From NCBI GenBank assembly GCA_037439425.1, contig JBBIWA010000014.1:29781-93780 (forward strand): a DNA stretch of 64,000 nt, written 5' to 3'. This document shows, piece after piece, positions 19,621-30,048 of the stretch. Source of the stretch: Acidobacteriota bacterium (GTDB taxonomy: Bacteria; Acidobacteriota; Blastocatellia; RBC074). The position numbers and the translations under genes were made by a program. The notes under the pieces were generated by a model, which saw only the letters and a list, made by a program, of their open reading frames with translations, ran no database searches and was not told the DNA's origin. Each line of letters opens with the position of its first letter. The stretch's first letter is position 1.

Positions 19621-21387
19621 ATGAGTGAAGTAGCTAAATCCGAACCGGAAGATAAGGCGGGAGAGATCGCTCCTCAGCTCCCAGACCCCAGACCTCAAAC
19701 TCCGGCCCCTCCCCGCCGCAGCATCGCGCGCTCAGCCGGCATCGTCAGTCTTGCCGTGATGGGCAGCCGCGTGCTGGGTCTGGTGCGCGAGCTCACTTTT
19801 GCCGCCTTCTTCGGCGCTGGCTTTGCTACGGACGCCTTCATCATTGCCTTCCGGGTGCCCAACCTGTTGCGCGATCTGTTCGCAGAAGGCGCGCTCTCAG
19901 CGGCTTTCGTGACGACCTTCTCGCAGTATCTGACCAAACGCGGCGAACGTGAAGCGTGGCGACTAGCCAATCTGGTCAACAACGGGTTGATCGTGGTGCT
20001 GTCGGCTGTCGTCCTTGCCGGGATCATCTTTGCGCCGCAGGTGGTGGCTCTGCTGATCGAACCGAGCCGGGTCCCGACTAATCCAGTCAAGGCAGCCTTG
20101 ACCTTTGAACTCGCCGTCACGATGACACGCATCATGTTTCCGTTTCTCTTGATGGTGTCGCTGGCTGCGGTGGCGATGGGGGTGCTCAATACCAAAGACC
20201 GCTTCGGCGTTCCAGCCTCAGCCTCGACGATGTTCAATGCCGGTTCGATCTTCGGCGGGCTGGCCTGCGCTTACTTCCTGGCACCTGATTACATCCTCAG
20301 CATCACCTCAGCTCTCATTCACCGCCAGATGCCGCAGGCGGATGAGCAAGGTGCTGCCCGGGCGATCATTGGCATGGCAGTGGGCACGCTGGCGGGTGGT
20401 ATGCTGCAATGGTTGATTCAGGTGCCGAGTCTGCGCGCGGTTGGTTATCGCTGGCAACCTGTTTTGAGCTTCCGCGATGAAGGGGTCCGGCAGGTGATGA
20501 TGCTGATGGCCCCGGCGATCATCGGAGCGGCGGCGGTGCAGGTGAACGTCTTCGTCAACACCAAATTCGCCTCCGGGCTGGGCGAGGGGCCGGTCTCGTG
20601 GCTCAATTATGCTTTCCGTCTGATTCAGTTTCCGATAGGAGTCTTCGGCGTGGCGATTTCGACCGCGACACTGCCGGCAGCTTCGCGAGCTGCGGCGCTG
20701 GAGAAGGTGGAGGAATTCCGCCACACCATCGCCTCCTCCTTGCGTTTGACTTTTCTGTTGACCATCCCTTCGGCGATTGGGCTGGTGGTACTCAGCCAGC
20801 CTATCATCGGGCTGATCTACCAGCGCGGCCGTTTCACTGCTGCTGACACCGAGCAGGCTGCTCTGGCATTGGGATATTACGCTCTCGGTCTGACGGCTTA
20901 CTCGGCCATCAAGGTGCTCGCGCCGGCCTTTTATGCGCTCAAGGACACGCGCATTCCAATGGCGGCGAGCCTGCTTTCAATCGCCATCAACTACCTCGTG
21001 GCCTCATTGTCAGTCAATCAATTTGGCCTGGGCCATCGCGGCCTGGCGCTTTCGGTCTCAGCGGTCGCGCTCGTCAACTTTGCATTGCTGCTGTTCTTTC
21101 TGCGTCGCAAGCTGGGCGGGATCGAAGGGCGTGACCTGATGATAACTCTCGGCAAAGTTCTACTGGCCTCAGCGCTGATGGGAGCTGTCTGCTGGTTGGC
21201 GAGCGATCAGATGGCGAGACGAGTCGGCTCTGAGTCGCTGGTAGCGCGGATGGCCAATGTCAGCCTCTCCATCGCGATCGGAGTAACTGTATTTTATCTG
21301 GCGGCTCGCGCACTGAAGGTGAGTGAGCTTACCCAGATGGCAGCAGCGCTGCAACGCAGATGGCGGCGAACCGAAAAGATTTTGTGA
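19621..21387 (+). CDS. murJ: Lipid II flippase MurJ (MviN)
   Basis: LAVMGSRVLGLVRELTFAAFFGAGFATDAFIIAFRVPNLLRDLFAEGALSAAFV is the canonical MurJ N-terminus. About 14 TM segments. Confidence 0.9.
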   Translation: MSEVAKSEPEDKAGEIAPQLPDPRPQTPAPPRRSIARSAGIVSLAVMGSRVLGLVRELTFAAFFGAGFATDAFIIAFRVPNLLRDLFAEGALSAAFVTTFSQYLTKRGEREAWRLANLVNNGLIVVLSAVVLAGIIFAPQVVALLIEPSRVPTNPVKAALTFELAVTMTRIMFPFLLMVSLAAVAMGVLNTKDRFGVPASASTMFNAGSIFGGLACAYFLAPDYILSITSALIHRQMPQADEQGAARAIIGMAVGTLAGGMLQWLIQVPSLRAVGYRWQPVLSFRDEGVRQVMMLMAPAIIGAAAVQVNVFVNTKFASGLGEGPVSWLNYAFRLIQFPIGVFGVAISTATLPAASRAAALEKVEEFRHTIASSLRLTFLLTIPSAIGLVVLSQPIIGLIYQRGRFTAADTEQAALALGYYALGLTAYSAIKVLAPAFYALKDTRIPMAASLLSIAINYLVASLSVNQFGLGHRGLALSVSAVALVNFALLLFFLRRKLGGIEGRDLMITLGKVLLASALMGAVCWLASDQMARRVGSESLVARMANVSLSIAIGVTVFYLAARALKVSELTQMAAALQRRWRRTEKIL

Positions 21388-21546
21388 AAGCCTTGAGCTT
21401 CTCGCCCACTCTCATAGCTTTTCCCCCGCAGATTTGTTAAGCTTTCGGCCTTAGGAGATGAAGCCCCCAGAAACTATCAGGTTAGCACAAAGTTCTTTGC
21501 CAGACTGTGCGCCAGCTATCAAGGCAATTAAAATCAGGGAGGACCT

Positions 21547-22188
21547 ATGCAAACTATCTCAAGAAACTCTGGGCGATTGATTAAAGCGGCTTTGGGTGCA
21601 GCTTGCTTGCTGGCCGCTTGGGGATTGGGTAATGAGGCAACTTATTCTCTGGCCCAGAGCAAGAGAAGCACGGCCTCAGTCCCGCGCGGCACTCAGATGA
21701 AGATTCGGCTTGAGAACACGATTGATTCAAAAGAGTCGCGCCATGGTGACCGCTTCACGGCTACGGTCTTGACGCCGAGCCGTTATGCCGAGGCGACTAT
21801 CGAAGGTCATGTGGCTCACATCAAACAATCGGGCAAGTTCAAAGGGCAAACGGCGATCTCACTCGTCTTCGACCGGATCCGCTTTCGCAATGGCAGCAGC
21901 GCTCCGCTGAGCGCTCAGGTGGTCAAAGTCTACGGCGAAGATTCGGTCAAAGAGGTTGATGAAGAAGGGGAGGTTAAAAGCGGTAGCCGCGGTAAAACGA
22001 CAGCGACGCGCACTGCCGGTGGCGCGGCGCTCGGGGCCATCATCGGCGGGATTGCCGGCGGTGGCAAAGGCGCAGCCATCGGAGCAGCCGTAGGTGCAGG
22101 TGTGGGTGCAGGCTCCGTTTTCATCCAGGGCAGCAACAAAGTCAAGCTCGAACCCGGCACCGAGCTCTTGATTCGCACCACACGCTAA
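21547..22188 (+). CDS. Secreted hypothetical protein with a C-terminal glycine-zipper segment
   Basis: Signal peptide. C-terminal [32 protein letters not shown] glycine zipper. AGGGAGGA RBS. Confidence 0.6.
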   Translation: MQTISRNSGRLIKAALGAACLLAAWGLGNEATYSLAQSKRSTASVPRGTQMKIRLENTIDSKESRHGDRFTATVLTPSRYAEATIEGHVAHIKQSGKFKGQTAISLVFDRIRFRNGSSAPLSAQVVKVYGEDSVKEVDEEGEVKSGSRGKTTATRTAGGAALGAIIGGIAGGGKGAAIGAAVGAGVGAGSVFIQGSNKVKLEPGTELLIRTTR

Positions 22189-22394
22189 GGATCAAGGATG
22201 AGGGAGGAGGGCAGAAGGACGAAGTAAGTACCTCGGCAAGAATTTCCAGGCATTAAGGCAGCCGCGTGTTTGCCGGCCCGAAGTGAGGCCAGCAGCCAGC
22301 CCGCGCCGACACTTGGGCTGGCGGACATGCACGAGCTGCGTGCCAGCTTGCCGATCAACTCAAACTCATCCCTCATCCTTCAACCTGCCTCAAG

Positions 22395-23423
22395 ATGAAT
22401 CTCGAACGTTACTCGCGACAGATTCTTTTTACTGGGATCGGCTCATCAGGGCAGCAACGGCTGGCGCAGAGTCGCGCCGTCATCATCGGCTGTGGCGCGC
22501 TCGGCAGCTTGCAGGCGGAGATGTTGGCGCGCGCTGGCGTCGGGCATTTGCGGCTGGTGGATCGCGATTTCATCGAAGAATCAAATCTGCAACGCCAGAT
22601 CATGTTCGAAGAGCGTGACGTGACGGCAGCCTTGCCCAAAGCCGTTGCTGCCGCCGCGCGCATCAATCGGATCAACTCTGAGATTGCTGTCGAACCGCTG
22701 GTCAAAGATGTCAACTACACAAATGTCGAAGAGCTGATCCGCGATGCTGATGTGGTGCTGGATGGGACAGACAATTTCGAAGTGCGCTATTTGCTCAATG
22801 ATGCAGCAGTGAAACTTGGGCTCCCGTGGGTCTATGGCGCAGCCGTCGGCTCCTACGGCCTGCAGATGACCATTCGGCCGCGCTTAACGCCTTGCCTGCG
22901 CTGCGTATGGCCCGATGCGCCACCACCCGGAACTTCACCGACCTGCGACACGGCGGGCGTGATTCTGCCTATCGTCGCTACAGTGGCTTCGTTTCAGGTG
23001 GCGGAAGCGCTCAAGATCTTGACCGGTAGTTTTGAGAAACTGCACGGCACGCTCGTGCAGTTCGATCTCTGGGAGAACACCTTCTCGCAGCTCAGACTCG
23101 ACGCCGTGCGCGAAACAGGCCAGTGCCGCACCTGCCAACAAGGCCAATATGATTTTCTCGGTGCGCGAGGCGGTCAATTGGTCACCACTCTCTGCGGGCG
23201 TAATGCGGTGCAGATTACGCCTGCCACCAAGGTCAAGCTGGACTTCAGCCAGTTGGCCGAACAACTGCGCAAGGCGGGTGAGGTCAGTTACAACCGCTAC
23301 CTTTTGCGATTTGCAACTGATGGATACGAGATCACCGTCTTTGCTGACGCGCGGAGCATCATCAAGGGGACAGCCGACCCGGCTTTTGCGCGCTCGCTTT
23401 ATGCTCGCTACATCGGCCTTTGA
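22395..23423 (+). CDS. ThiF/MoeB/HesA-family E1-like adenylyltransferase with a roughly 100-aa C-terminal extension
   Basis: [33 protein letters not shown] (E1 nucleotide-binding G-x-G-x-x-G). CLRC...TC and CRTC cysteine pairs. The extra C-terminal domain (...[29 protein letters not shown]...) is absent from minimal MoeB/ThiF. Confidence 0.8.
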   Translation: MNLERYSRQILFTGIGSSGQQRLAQSRAVIIGCGALGSLQAEMLARAGVGHLRLVDRDFIEESNLQRQIMFEERDVTAALPKAVAAAARINRINSEIAVEPLVKDVNYTNVEELIRDADVVLDGTDNFEVRYLLNDAAVKLGLPWVYGAAVGSYGLQMTIRPRLTPCLRCVWPDAPPPGTSPTCDTAGVILPIVATVASFQVAEALKILTGSFEKLHGTLVQFDLWENTFSQLRLDAVRETGQCRTCQQGQYDFLGARGGQLVTTLCGRNAVQITPATKVKLDFSQLAEQLRKAGEVSYNRYLLRFATDGYEITVFADARSIIKGTADPAFARSLYARYIGL

Positions 23424-23438
23424 GCACCGAACTAACCG

Positions 23439-24362
23439 ATGCCAGAAGCTGAGATCACGATTCCCGCCTCAACCTCGAATCTGGGTGCTAGCTTCGATAC
23501 TTGTGGCCTCGCGCTTCAGCTCCACCTGCGCCTTACGGTCCAGGAGCGGGCAAATGGTTTTGAAGTCGTCCCCTCCGGCGAAGGCGCAAGCGTAGTGCCG
23601 CGCGATGAATCAAACCTCATTGTCCGCGTCGCGCGCTTTGTGGCCGAAGAGCGCCGCCAGAAGCTTGGTGGCGCGCGTCTGTTAGTTGATAATCAAATAC
23701 CGCTGCAGCGTGGTTTGGGCAGCAGCAGCGCCGCCATCCTCGCTGGCATCTCGGTTTATGAAACGCTCTCCGGCGAGCGCCTGAGCGAAGAAGAGCTTTT
23801 CAGTTACGCGCTGCAGTTTGAAGCTCACGGTGATAACCTTGCGCCCAGTCTGCTCGGCGGCCTGGTCGTGGCTTGTGTGGTTGAACGAGCTGGTCTGAGC
23901 TCACTTGTCACCATCAAACGCGCCTGGCCTGAAGAAGTAAAAATTGTGCTCCTCATCCCGGAGCTCGAACTGGAGACCTCCAGGATGCGCGCCGCCTTGC
24001 CCGAAAGTGTGCCGCTGAGCGATGCGGTCTTCAATCTGCAGCGCGCAGCGCTACTGCAAGCGGCGATCTCGGAACGGCGCTTTGACCTGCTTGGTGAAGC
24101 CTTGCGCGACCGCCTGCACCAACCCTATCGCGCACCGCTGGCGTCTGGGATGAGTGAAGTGCTGAAACTGAATGACGAAACGCATCGCTATCCGGGTTTG
24201 CTTGGCGTGGCAATCAGTGGCGCAGGTTCGACGATGATCGCGCTGGCAACGGAGAATGGCGACGAGATTGCGGCAACGATGAGCGCGCGTTTGGCTGCCT
24301 GTGGCGTGCGGTCGCGAACGTTAGAAGTGAAGGTTGATAATCGCGGGCGAATCGTGAGTTAG
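23439..24362 (+). CDS. thrB: Homoserine kinase (GHMP kinase)
   Basis: [13 protein letters not shown]-terminus and GHMP ATP-binding motif [17 protein letters not shown]. Confidence 0.85.
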   Translation: MPEAEITIPASTSNLGASFDTCGLALQLHLRLTVQERANGFEVVPSGEGASVVPRDESNLIVRVARFVAEERRQKLGGARLLVDNQIPLQRGLGSSSAAILAGISVYETLSGERLSEEELFSYALQFEAHGDNLAPSLLGGLVVACVVERAGLSSLVTIKRAWPEEVKIVLLIPELELETSRMRAALPESVPLSDAVFNLQRAALLQAAISERRFDLLGEALRDRLHQPYRAPLASGMSEVLKLNDETHRYPGLLGVAISGAGSTMIALATENGDEIAATMSARLAACGVRSRTLEVKVDNRGRIVS

Positions 24363-24545
24363 GCACCACCTTACTCGGAGACCTGTGATGCTTAAGGGAG
24401 TGATTACAGTTTGGCTGGGGGCTGAGGACCAGAAAGCGATTTCCACGCAGCCCCAACAACCCTGCCGCCAGCTGATTGTGGGGGCAGTCTAAAGCAACGG
24501 GCAAAGTAAGAATTTCTGCCGATGACTCTGAGGGTAGGGCGGCTT

Positions 24546-25661
24546 ATGTCATCACTAACCAAAATCCCGGCAGGCGTCCAGTACTTCTTCGATGACGAAG
24601 TGCGGCTGCGACGCTACATCGAACGCCAAGCGATGGAAGTGTTCGCCGGTTGGTCGTACGATGAAATCATCCTGCCGATGTTTGATTATCACGATCTGTT
24701 CGCGCGCGGGATGGGGCTGGAGCGAGCCGAGAAGACCTACCGGTTTGTTGATCGCGATGGCGCACTGCTGGCGCTGCGGCCGGAGCTGACTTCGCTGGTG
24801 GCGCGCACCGTGGCGACGCGCTTTGTGCGCCGCGCGCGCCCGATTCGGTTGTGCTATTCGGGTGAAGTCTTCCGCTACGATGAACCGACCGAACGTGCCT
24901 CACGCGAATTTCATCAACTGGGGATCGAGCATATCGGTCAGGCGAGCGTGGCAGCCGATATCGAGGTCTTGCTGGTTGCAGTGGAAGTGCTTACTGCGCT
25001 TGGCCTCACCGACTTCAGGATCGCGCTTTCGCACGTGGACTTCTTCAACGGCGTGGCAGCTGCGCTGGATTTGAATCCAACCGATCGCGCCCACTTGCGC
25101 GAGTTGATTGACCGGCGCAACAGTCAGGCGCTGGATGAATTCTTGCGCGCGCGCGCGCCGCAGGTGGAAGAGGCGCGACGAGAAGGCTTTTGTCGCCTAA
25201 CTCAGATCGCCGGCAAGGATGAGGCAATTGCCCGAGCACGCCAGATTCTGCTCAATGAAAGGTCGCGCACGGCGATTGAAAAACTCGCTGAGATCTACGC
25301 GACGCTGGCCGCGCTGGGGCTGGCCGAAAATTTTGATATCGACTTAGGCGACGCCGGCGGGTTGGAGTATTACACGGGCTTAACCTTCAAAGTCTACGTG
25401 CCGAATTGGGGCACCGAGATCGGGAGCGGCGGGCGGTATGACAACCTGATCGGCAACTTCGGTGCCTCAGAGCCGGCCGTCGGCTTCTCTTTTGCATTGG
25501 ATGGACTAGCTAGCACGGTGGCGCGATGCGGTCAGCTCGATCGCTGGCGCGCTGAAGAATCTGGCCAAAGCATTCATTTGCAGCAAGACTTTGTCACCGC
25601 CTTTCGCCAGGCGCGCCAACTGCGAGCAGAGAAGAGAAAAGTAAAAATCAGTGACCAGTGA
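24546..25661 (+). CDS. hisZ: ATP phosphoribosyltransferase regulatory subunit HisZ (HisRS paralog)
   Basis: Class II aaRS-like core (YRFVDRDGALLALRPELT, FHQLGIE) lacking an anticodon-binding domain. The start is chosen at MSSLTKIPAGVQYF, matching the typical HisZ LPxGVRDxLP N-terminus. The ORF frame opens at 24522. Confidence 0.8.
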   Translation: MSSLTKIPAGVQYFFDDEVRLRRYIERQAMEVFAGWSYDEIILPMFDYHDLFARGMGLERAEKTYRFVDRDGALLALRPELTSLVARTVATRFVRRARPIRLCYSGEVFRYDEPTERASREFHQLGIEHIGQASVAADIEVLLVAVEVLTALGLTDFRIALSHVDFFNGVAAALDLNPTDRAHLRELIDRRNSQALDEFLRARAPQVEEARREGFCRLTQIAGKDEAIARARQILLNERSRTAIEKLAEIYATLAALGLAENFDIDLGDAGGLEYYTGLTFKVYVPNWGTEIGSGGRYDNLIGNFGASEPAVGFSFALDGLASTVARCGQLDRWRAEESGQSIHLQQDFVTAFRQARQLRAEKRKVKISDQ

Positions 25662-25668
25662 CGTGGAG

Positions 25669-26301
25669 ATGCTGACGATTGCGATTTCCAAAGGACGGCT
25701 TCAGGACAAGACGCTGGCGCTCTTTGCGCGTGCTGGGATGGCGCTTGAAGAGCAGGCACTGAACTCGCGCCGCTTGCTGATCGGCTCGGCCAGCGGGCGC
25801 TGCAACTTTATGTTCGTCAAGCCCGCCGATGTCCCAATCTATGTGGAGTACGGCGTTGCCGACGCGGGTGTGTGCGGACGCGACGTGCTGTTGGAATCGC
25901 AGGCCAATGTGCATGAACCGCTCGATTTAAAGCTCGGCCGCTGCCAGATCGCAGTTGCCGGTCGCCGCGAGGTGGTCGGCCAGGACTATAACCTGATGGC
26001 GACGGTGCGCGTAGCGACGAAGTACCCCCACATCACCACGGACTATTTTCAGAGACGGGGCATTCCGATTGAAGTCATCACGCTTGCCGGATCGGTTGAA
26101 CTGGCACCGCTGCTGGGTCTGTCAGACCGGATTGTGGACCTGGTGGAGACCGGGCGGACGCTGCGTGAAAACGGACTTGAAGTCATAGATGTGATCACCG
26201 AATCAACTGCGCGATTGATCGTCAATCGCGCCAGCTTCCATCTCAAGCGAATCGAGATCAGCGCGCTGATTGCTGACCTGACGGAAGCGATGAAAAGGTG
26301 A
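25669..26301 (+). CDS. hisG: ATP phosphoribosyltransferase, short form (HisG-S)
   Basis: MLTIAISKGRLQDKTLALFARAGM N-terminus. Length about 210 aa, consistent with a HisZ-dependent short form. GGAG RBS before 25669. An alternative ATG at 25651 overlaps hisZ. Confidence 0.85.
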   Translation: MLTIAISKGRLQDKTLALFARAGMALEEQALNSRRLLIGSASGRCNFMFVKPADVPIYVEYGVADAGVCGRDVLLESQANVHEPLDLKLGRCQIAVAGRREVVGQDYNLMATVRVATKYPHITTDYFQRRGIPIEVITLAGSVELAPLLGLSDRIVDLVETGRTLRENGLEVIDVITESTARLIVNRASFHLKRIEISALIADLTEAMKR

Positions 26302-26308
26302 GACCGAG

Positions 26309-27616
26309 ATGATCGAGATCATCAAGCTCAGCGGCACTGAGCCTGAAAAGGACCAGAAACTGCAACGCATCTTGAAGCGCGCAAGCGGGCTCGACAGCGA
26401 AGTGATGGCCCGTGCTGAAGCGGTAGTACGCGAGGTTCAAGCGCGTGGCGATGCCGCTTTGCTCGAGTACACGGAGCGCTTTGATCGGGTGAAGCTGACG
26501 CCTGAGACTCTGCTGGTTGGCCGCCAAGTCATCGAAGAGCTGGCAGCACAGGTAAACGAGCCTCTGGTAGCTGCGATGCGCGAAGCGATTACTAATATCC
26601 GCCGTTTCCACCAACAGCAGATGCAGCACGATTGGGAAATCGAAGCCGGAAACGGGGTGCGGCTGGGACAACGCATTAGCCCGCTTGAAACGGTGGGGAT
26701 TTACGTGCCCGGCGGCAGCGCAGCCTATCCTTCCACCGTGATGATGAACGCCGTTCCGGCGCAGGTCGCCGGAGTAAAGCGCATAGTCGTGGCTACGCCG
26801 CCCGCTCGCTTCGTCCAAAATCCAGTCATCGCCGCTGTGCTCAAAGAACTTGGCTTGTTTGAGGTCTACACGGTTGGCGGTGCGCAGGCCATCGCTGCAC
26901 TAGCCTATGGAACTGAGACCATCCCGCGGGTTGATAAAATCGTCGGCCCCGGTAATCAATATGTCGCGGCGGCGAAAAAACTCGTCTATGGCGTGGTCGA
27001 TATTGATTCGCTGGCCGGGCCGAGCGAGATCGTGATCATCGCTGACGATACGGCACGCGCTGATTTTGTAGCTGCCGACTTGCTATCTCAGGCCGAGCAC
27101 TCAGAAGATGCAGCAGCTATTCTGATTACACCGAGCGAAAGCCTGGCCACCGCAGTGCGCGATGAGATCATCAAGCAAACTGCCACGCTGTCGCGCGAAG
27201 CGATCATCAAGCGCTCCCTGGCTGATTACGGCGCATTGATCATAGTGGATTCACTTGATAAGGCCTGCGCCCTAGCTGACCGGATGGCGCCGGAGCATAT
27301 CGAGGTGATGACAGCGGACAGTGAAGCAACAGCAGCGTGTTTGCGCCACGTTGGCGCCATCTTCATCGGCACCTATTCGCCGGAGCCGGTCGGCGATTAC
27401 TTTGCCGGAACAAACCATGTACTGCCTACGGGCGGCACGGCGCGCTTCGCTTCTGCGCTGGGCGTTTATGATTTTCTGAAACGGACAAGCATCATTCGTT
27501 ATACGCGTGCTGAACTGCTGCGCACTGCTGCAGCCATCGATCTGCTTGCCCGAGCCGAGGGTTTTGATGCCCACGCGCGATCGGCAACCATCAGAGTTGA
27601 AGATAGTAGTCAGTAA
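26309..27616 (+). CDS. hisD: Histidinol dehydrogenase
   Basis: Length and conserved blocks (GIYVPGG, SQAEHSEDA, HIEV) of HisD. Confidence 0.9.
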   Translation: MIEIIKLSGTEPEKDQKLQRILKRASGLDSEVMARAEAVVREVQARGDAALLEYTERFDRVKLTPETLLVGRQVIEELAAQVNEPLVAAMREAITNIRRFHQQQMQHDWEIEAGNGVRLGQRISPLETVGIYVPGGSAAYPSTVMMNAVPAQVAGVKRIVVATPPARFVQNPVIAAVLKELGLFEVYTVGGAQAIAALAYGTETIPRVDKIVGPGNQYVAAAKKLVYGVVDIDSLAGPSEIVIIADDTARADFVAADLLSQAEHSEDAAAILITPSESLATAVRDEIIKQTATLSREAIIKRSLADYGALIIVDSLDKACALADRMAPEHIEVMTADSEATAACLRHVGAIFIGTYSPEPVGDYFAGTNHVLPTGGTARFASALGVYDFLKRTSIIRYTRAELLRTAAAIDLLARAEGFDAHARSATIRVEDSSQ

Positions 27617-27684
27617 CAGCAGCCAGCAGGTATTTTCAGCCTCTACTGGCTGCTGACCACTGCTACCGCTTACTGATAACTGCT

Positions 27685-28755
27685 ATGCCCTCTGCTCTCG
27701 ATAAAATTAAGCCCGAAGTGCGGGCGATCAAAGCCTACACGCTGGCGCCGCTGCGCGCCGAGATCAAGATCAACCAAAACGAGAATCCGTTTGATCTGCC
27801 TGCCACTATCAAGCAAGAGGTGTTGCGGCGGTTACAAGATCGCCCCTGGTCGCGCTATCCAGCATTCGTGCCAACAGAATTGCTGGAAAAGCTGGCGGCG
27901 TTCGTGGGCTGGCGCGCCGATGGGGTGCTGGCCGGCAATGGCTCAAATGAGTTGATTCAGGCGCTGCTCACAGTCACTGTTGGCGAAGCTTCGCGTGTGG
28001 TGATCATTGAACCGACTTTCACGCTTTATCGTCAATTGGCGACGGTGCTAGGTGGTGAAGTGATCGCAGTTCCGCTCAATGAAAATCTCACCTTCAACAT
28101 CCCGAAGCTGGCCAGCAAAGTGGTCGCGAGTAAAGCCGATGTGACCATCATCTGTTCACCTAACAATCCAACGGGCTGTGTGATTGAGCGGCGCGACCTG
28201 ACTGCCCTGTTGCGCAATACCGACGGGTTGGTCGTGGTGGACCAGGCTTACGTTGAGTTCGGCGGCGAGGATTTCATCCCACTGCTGAGGGAGCATCAAA
28301 ACCTGATCGTGCTGCGCACCTTCTCGAAAGCGATGGCGATGGCCGGGTTGCGAGTCGGCTATCTGCTCGCCTCGCCGGCGCTGGTGGCGGAGATCAACAA
28401 GGCGAAGCTGCCTTACAATCTCAACTTCTTTTCGATGATGGCAGCTGAGGTGGCGATTGAACATTGGGAACTGCTGCGCCCCTTGATCGCCCAGATCATC
28501 AGCGAGCGTGAGCGACTACTGTCCACCTTGCAACAGATCAAAGGGTTGACGCCCATGCCATCAGCGGCTAATTTCTTCCTCGCGCGCACAGCCATTCCGC
28601 CCAAAGAGTTGTTTGAGGCGCTCTATGCGCGTGGTATTCTGGTGCGCGATGTGAGCAATTATCCCATGCTTTCAGACTACATTCGTATCAGTGTGGGGAA
28701 GCCGGAAGAGAATGACCGGCTGATCTCTGCGCTGCAAGAAATCTTTAGCTCGTGA
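27685..28755 (+). CDS. hisC: Histidinol-phosphate aminotransferase
   Basis: Class II aminotransferase with NPTG, VVVDQAYVEF and the TFSKAMAMAGLRVGY lysine loop, in his-operon context. Confidence 0.85.
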   Translation: MPSALDKIKPEVRAIKAYTLAPLRAEIKINQNENPFDLPATIKQEVLRRLQDRPWSRYPAFVPTELLEKLAAFVGWRADGVLAGNGSNELIQALLTVTVGEASRVVIIEPTFTLYRQLATVLGGEVIAVPLNENLTFNIPKLASKVVASKADVTIICSPNNPTGCVIERRDLTALLRNTDGLVVVDQAYVEFGGEDFIPLLREHQNLIVLRTFSKAMAMAGLRVGYLLASPALVAEINKAKLPYNLNFFSMMAAEVAIEHWELLRPLIAQIISERERLLSTLQQIKGLTPMPSAANFFLARTAIPPKELFEALYARGILVRDVSNYPMLSDYIRISVGKPEENDRLISALQEIFSS

Positions 28756-28819
28756 TGAGCCATGAGTGATGCTCGCCAGGAGGAGTCTCTACTTCACTCC
28801 TCACTCATCACTTTCTATT

Positions 28820-29407
28820 ATGAAGCGTCAGGCCGAAATCACACGCAAGACCAAAGAGACCGACATCCGCGTTGCCCTGCGGCTGGATGGTGCAGGCGAA
28901 GGCCGGATCAGTTCGGGGATTCCGTTTCTCGATCATATGCTCGAACTGTTTGCACGCCACGGCCTATTCGATCTCGAAGTGGCTTGCAGAGGTGACCTGA
29001 GCATTGACGACCATCATTCGGTGGAAGACATCGCCATCTGTCTGGGCCGGGCCTTCGCCGAAGCCATAGGTGATAAGCAAGGCATTGTGCGTTTTGGAGC
29101 AGCCTATGTGCCGATGGATGAGGCGTTGGCGCGCGCCGTGGTAGACCTGTCAGGGCGCGCCTATCTGGTCTATCACGTCAAGAACACGCGCAGCAAGATC
29201 GGGACTTTTTCGACCGAGCTGGCCGAACATTTCTGGCATTCGTTCGCCGAGCAGTGCAAATGTAATCTGCATATCGAGGTCTTCTACGGGCGCAATCAGC
29301 ACCATATCCTCGAAGCAGTCTTCAAAGCCACAGCGCGCGCGCTTTCTCAAGCAGTGAAGATGGATGAACGGATTAAGGGTGTGATGTCAACTAAGGGAAC
29401 CCTATAA
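28820..29407 (+). CDS. hisB: Imidazoleglycerol-phosphate dehydratase
   Basis: [24 protein letters not shown]...[16 protein letters not shown] is diagnostic IGPD sequence. The start is at the internal Met of the 28766 ORF. Confidence 0.9.
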   Translation: MKRQAEITRKTKETDIRVALRLDGAGEGRISSGIPFLDHMLELFARHGLFDLEVACRGDLSIDDHHSVEDIAICLGRAFAEAIGDKQGIVRFGAAYVPMDEALARAVVDLSGRAYLVYHVKNTRSKIGTFSTELAEHFWHSFAEQCKCNLHIEVFYGRNQHHILEAVFKATARALSQAVKMDERIKGVMSTKGTL

Positions 29408-29426
29408 ATTGCCTGCGAAGAGCAAA

Positions 29427-30029
29427 ATGTCTATCGCGATCATTGATTACGGGGTCGGGAACCTGCGCAGCGTGGAGAAAGCATTCACCTCGCAAGGCAT
29501 CCCGGCAGTGGTAAGCAGCGACGAGAAAGTTCTGCGTGCGGCAGACAAGTTGGTGCTGCCCGGCGTAGGCGCATTCGCAGCGTGCATGCAGGGGCTGCAA
29601 GAGCGCGGCTTCGATGAGCTGGTGATCGCAGCCGCTAACTCAGGCAAGCCCATCCTCGGGCTGTGCGTTGGCTTGCAGATGCTCTTTGATGAAGGGCAAG
29701 AGTTCGGCCTGCATCGCGGGCTGGGCCTGTTGCCGGGCCGTGTGGTGCGCTTTCCTGAAGGCGTGCGCGTGCCGCACGTCGGCTGGAATCAGGTCGCTAT
29801 CAAACGCCCTCATCCGATCTTCCGCGACCTGCCTGATCAATCATTCTTCTACTTTGTGCACTCCTACTACGTTGAACCGGTGGACGAAACGTGTGTGCTC
29901 GGTGAAACCGAGTATGAATCTTGCTTCGCTTCCATCTGCAGTCGCGGCAGCGTGATCGGTGTTCAGTTCCATCCAGAGAAGAGCCAAACGGCAGGATTGA
30001 AGTTACTCAGAAATTTTGCCGAGCTGTGA
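29427..30029 (+). CDS. hisH: Imidazole glycerol phosphate synthase, glutamine amidotransferase subunit
   Basis: MSIAIIDYGVGNLRSVEKAF N-terminus, catalytic GLCVGLQ Cys and a C-terminal HPEKS triad region. Confidence 0.9.
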   Translation: MSIAIIDYGVGNLRSVEKAFTSQGIPAVVSSDEKVLRAADKLVLPGVGAFAACMQGLQERGFDELVIAAANSGKPILGLCVGLQMLFDEGQEFGLHRGLGLLPGRVVRFPEGVRVPHVGWNQVAIKRPHPIFRDLPDQSFFYFVHSYYVEPVDETCVLGETEYESCFASICSRGSVIGVQFHPEKSQTAGLKLLRNFAEL

Positions 30030-30048
30030 CTGGCAAGAGAGCTTTGCT

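Noticed and set aside
24363-24545. Histidine attenuator / leader peptide upstream of hisZ
   Set aside because: Stem-loops are present but no run of His codons or short leader ORF exists (only one CAC-CAC pair).
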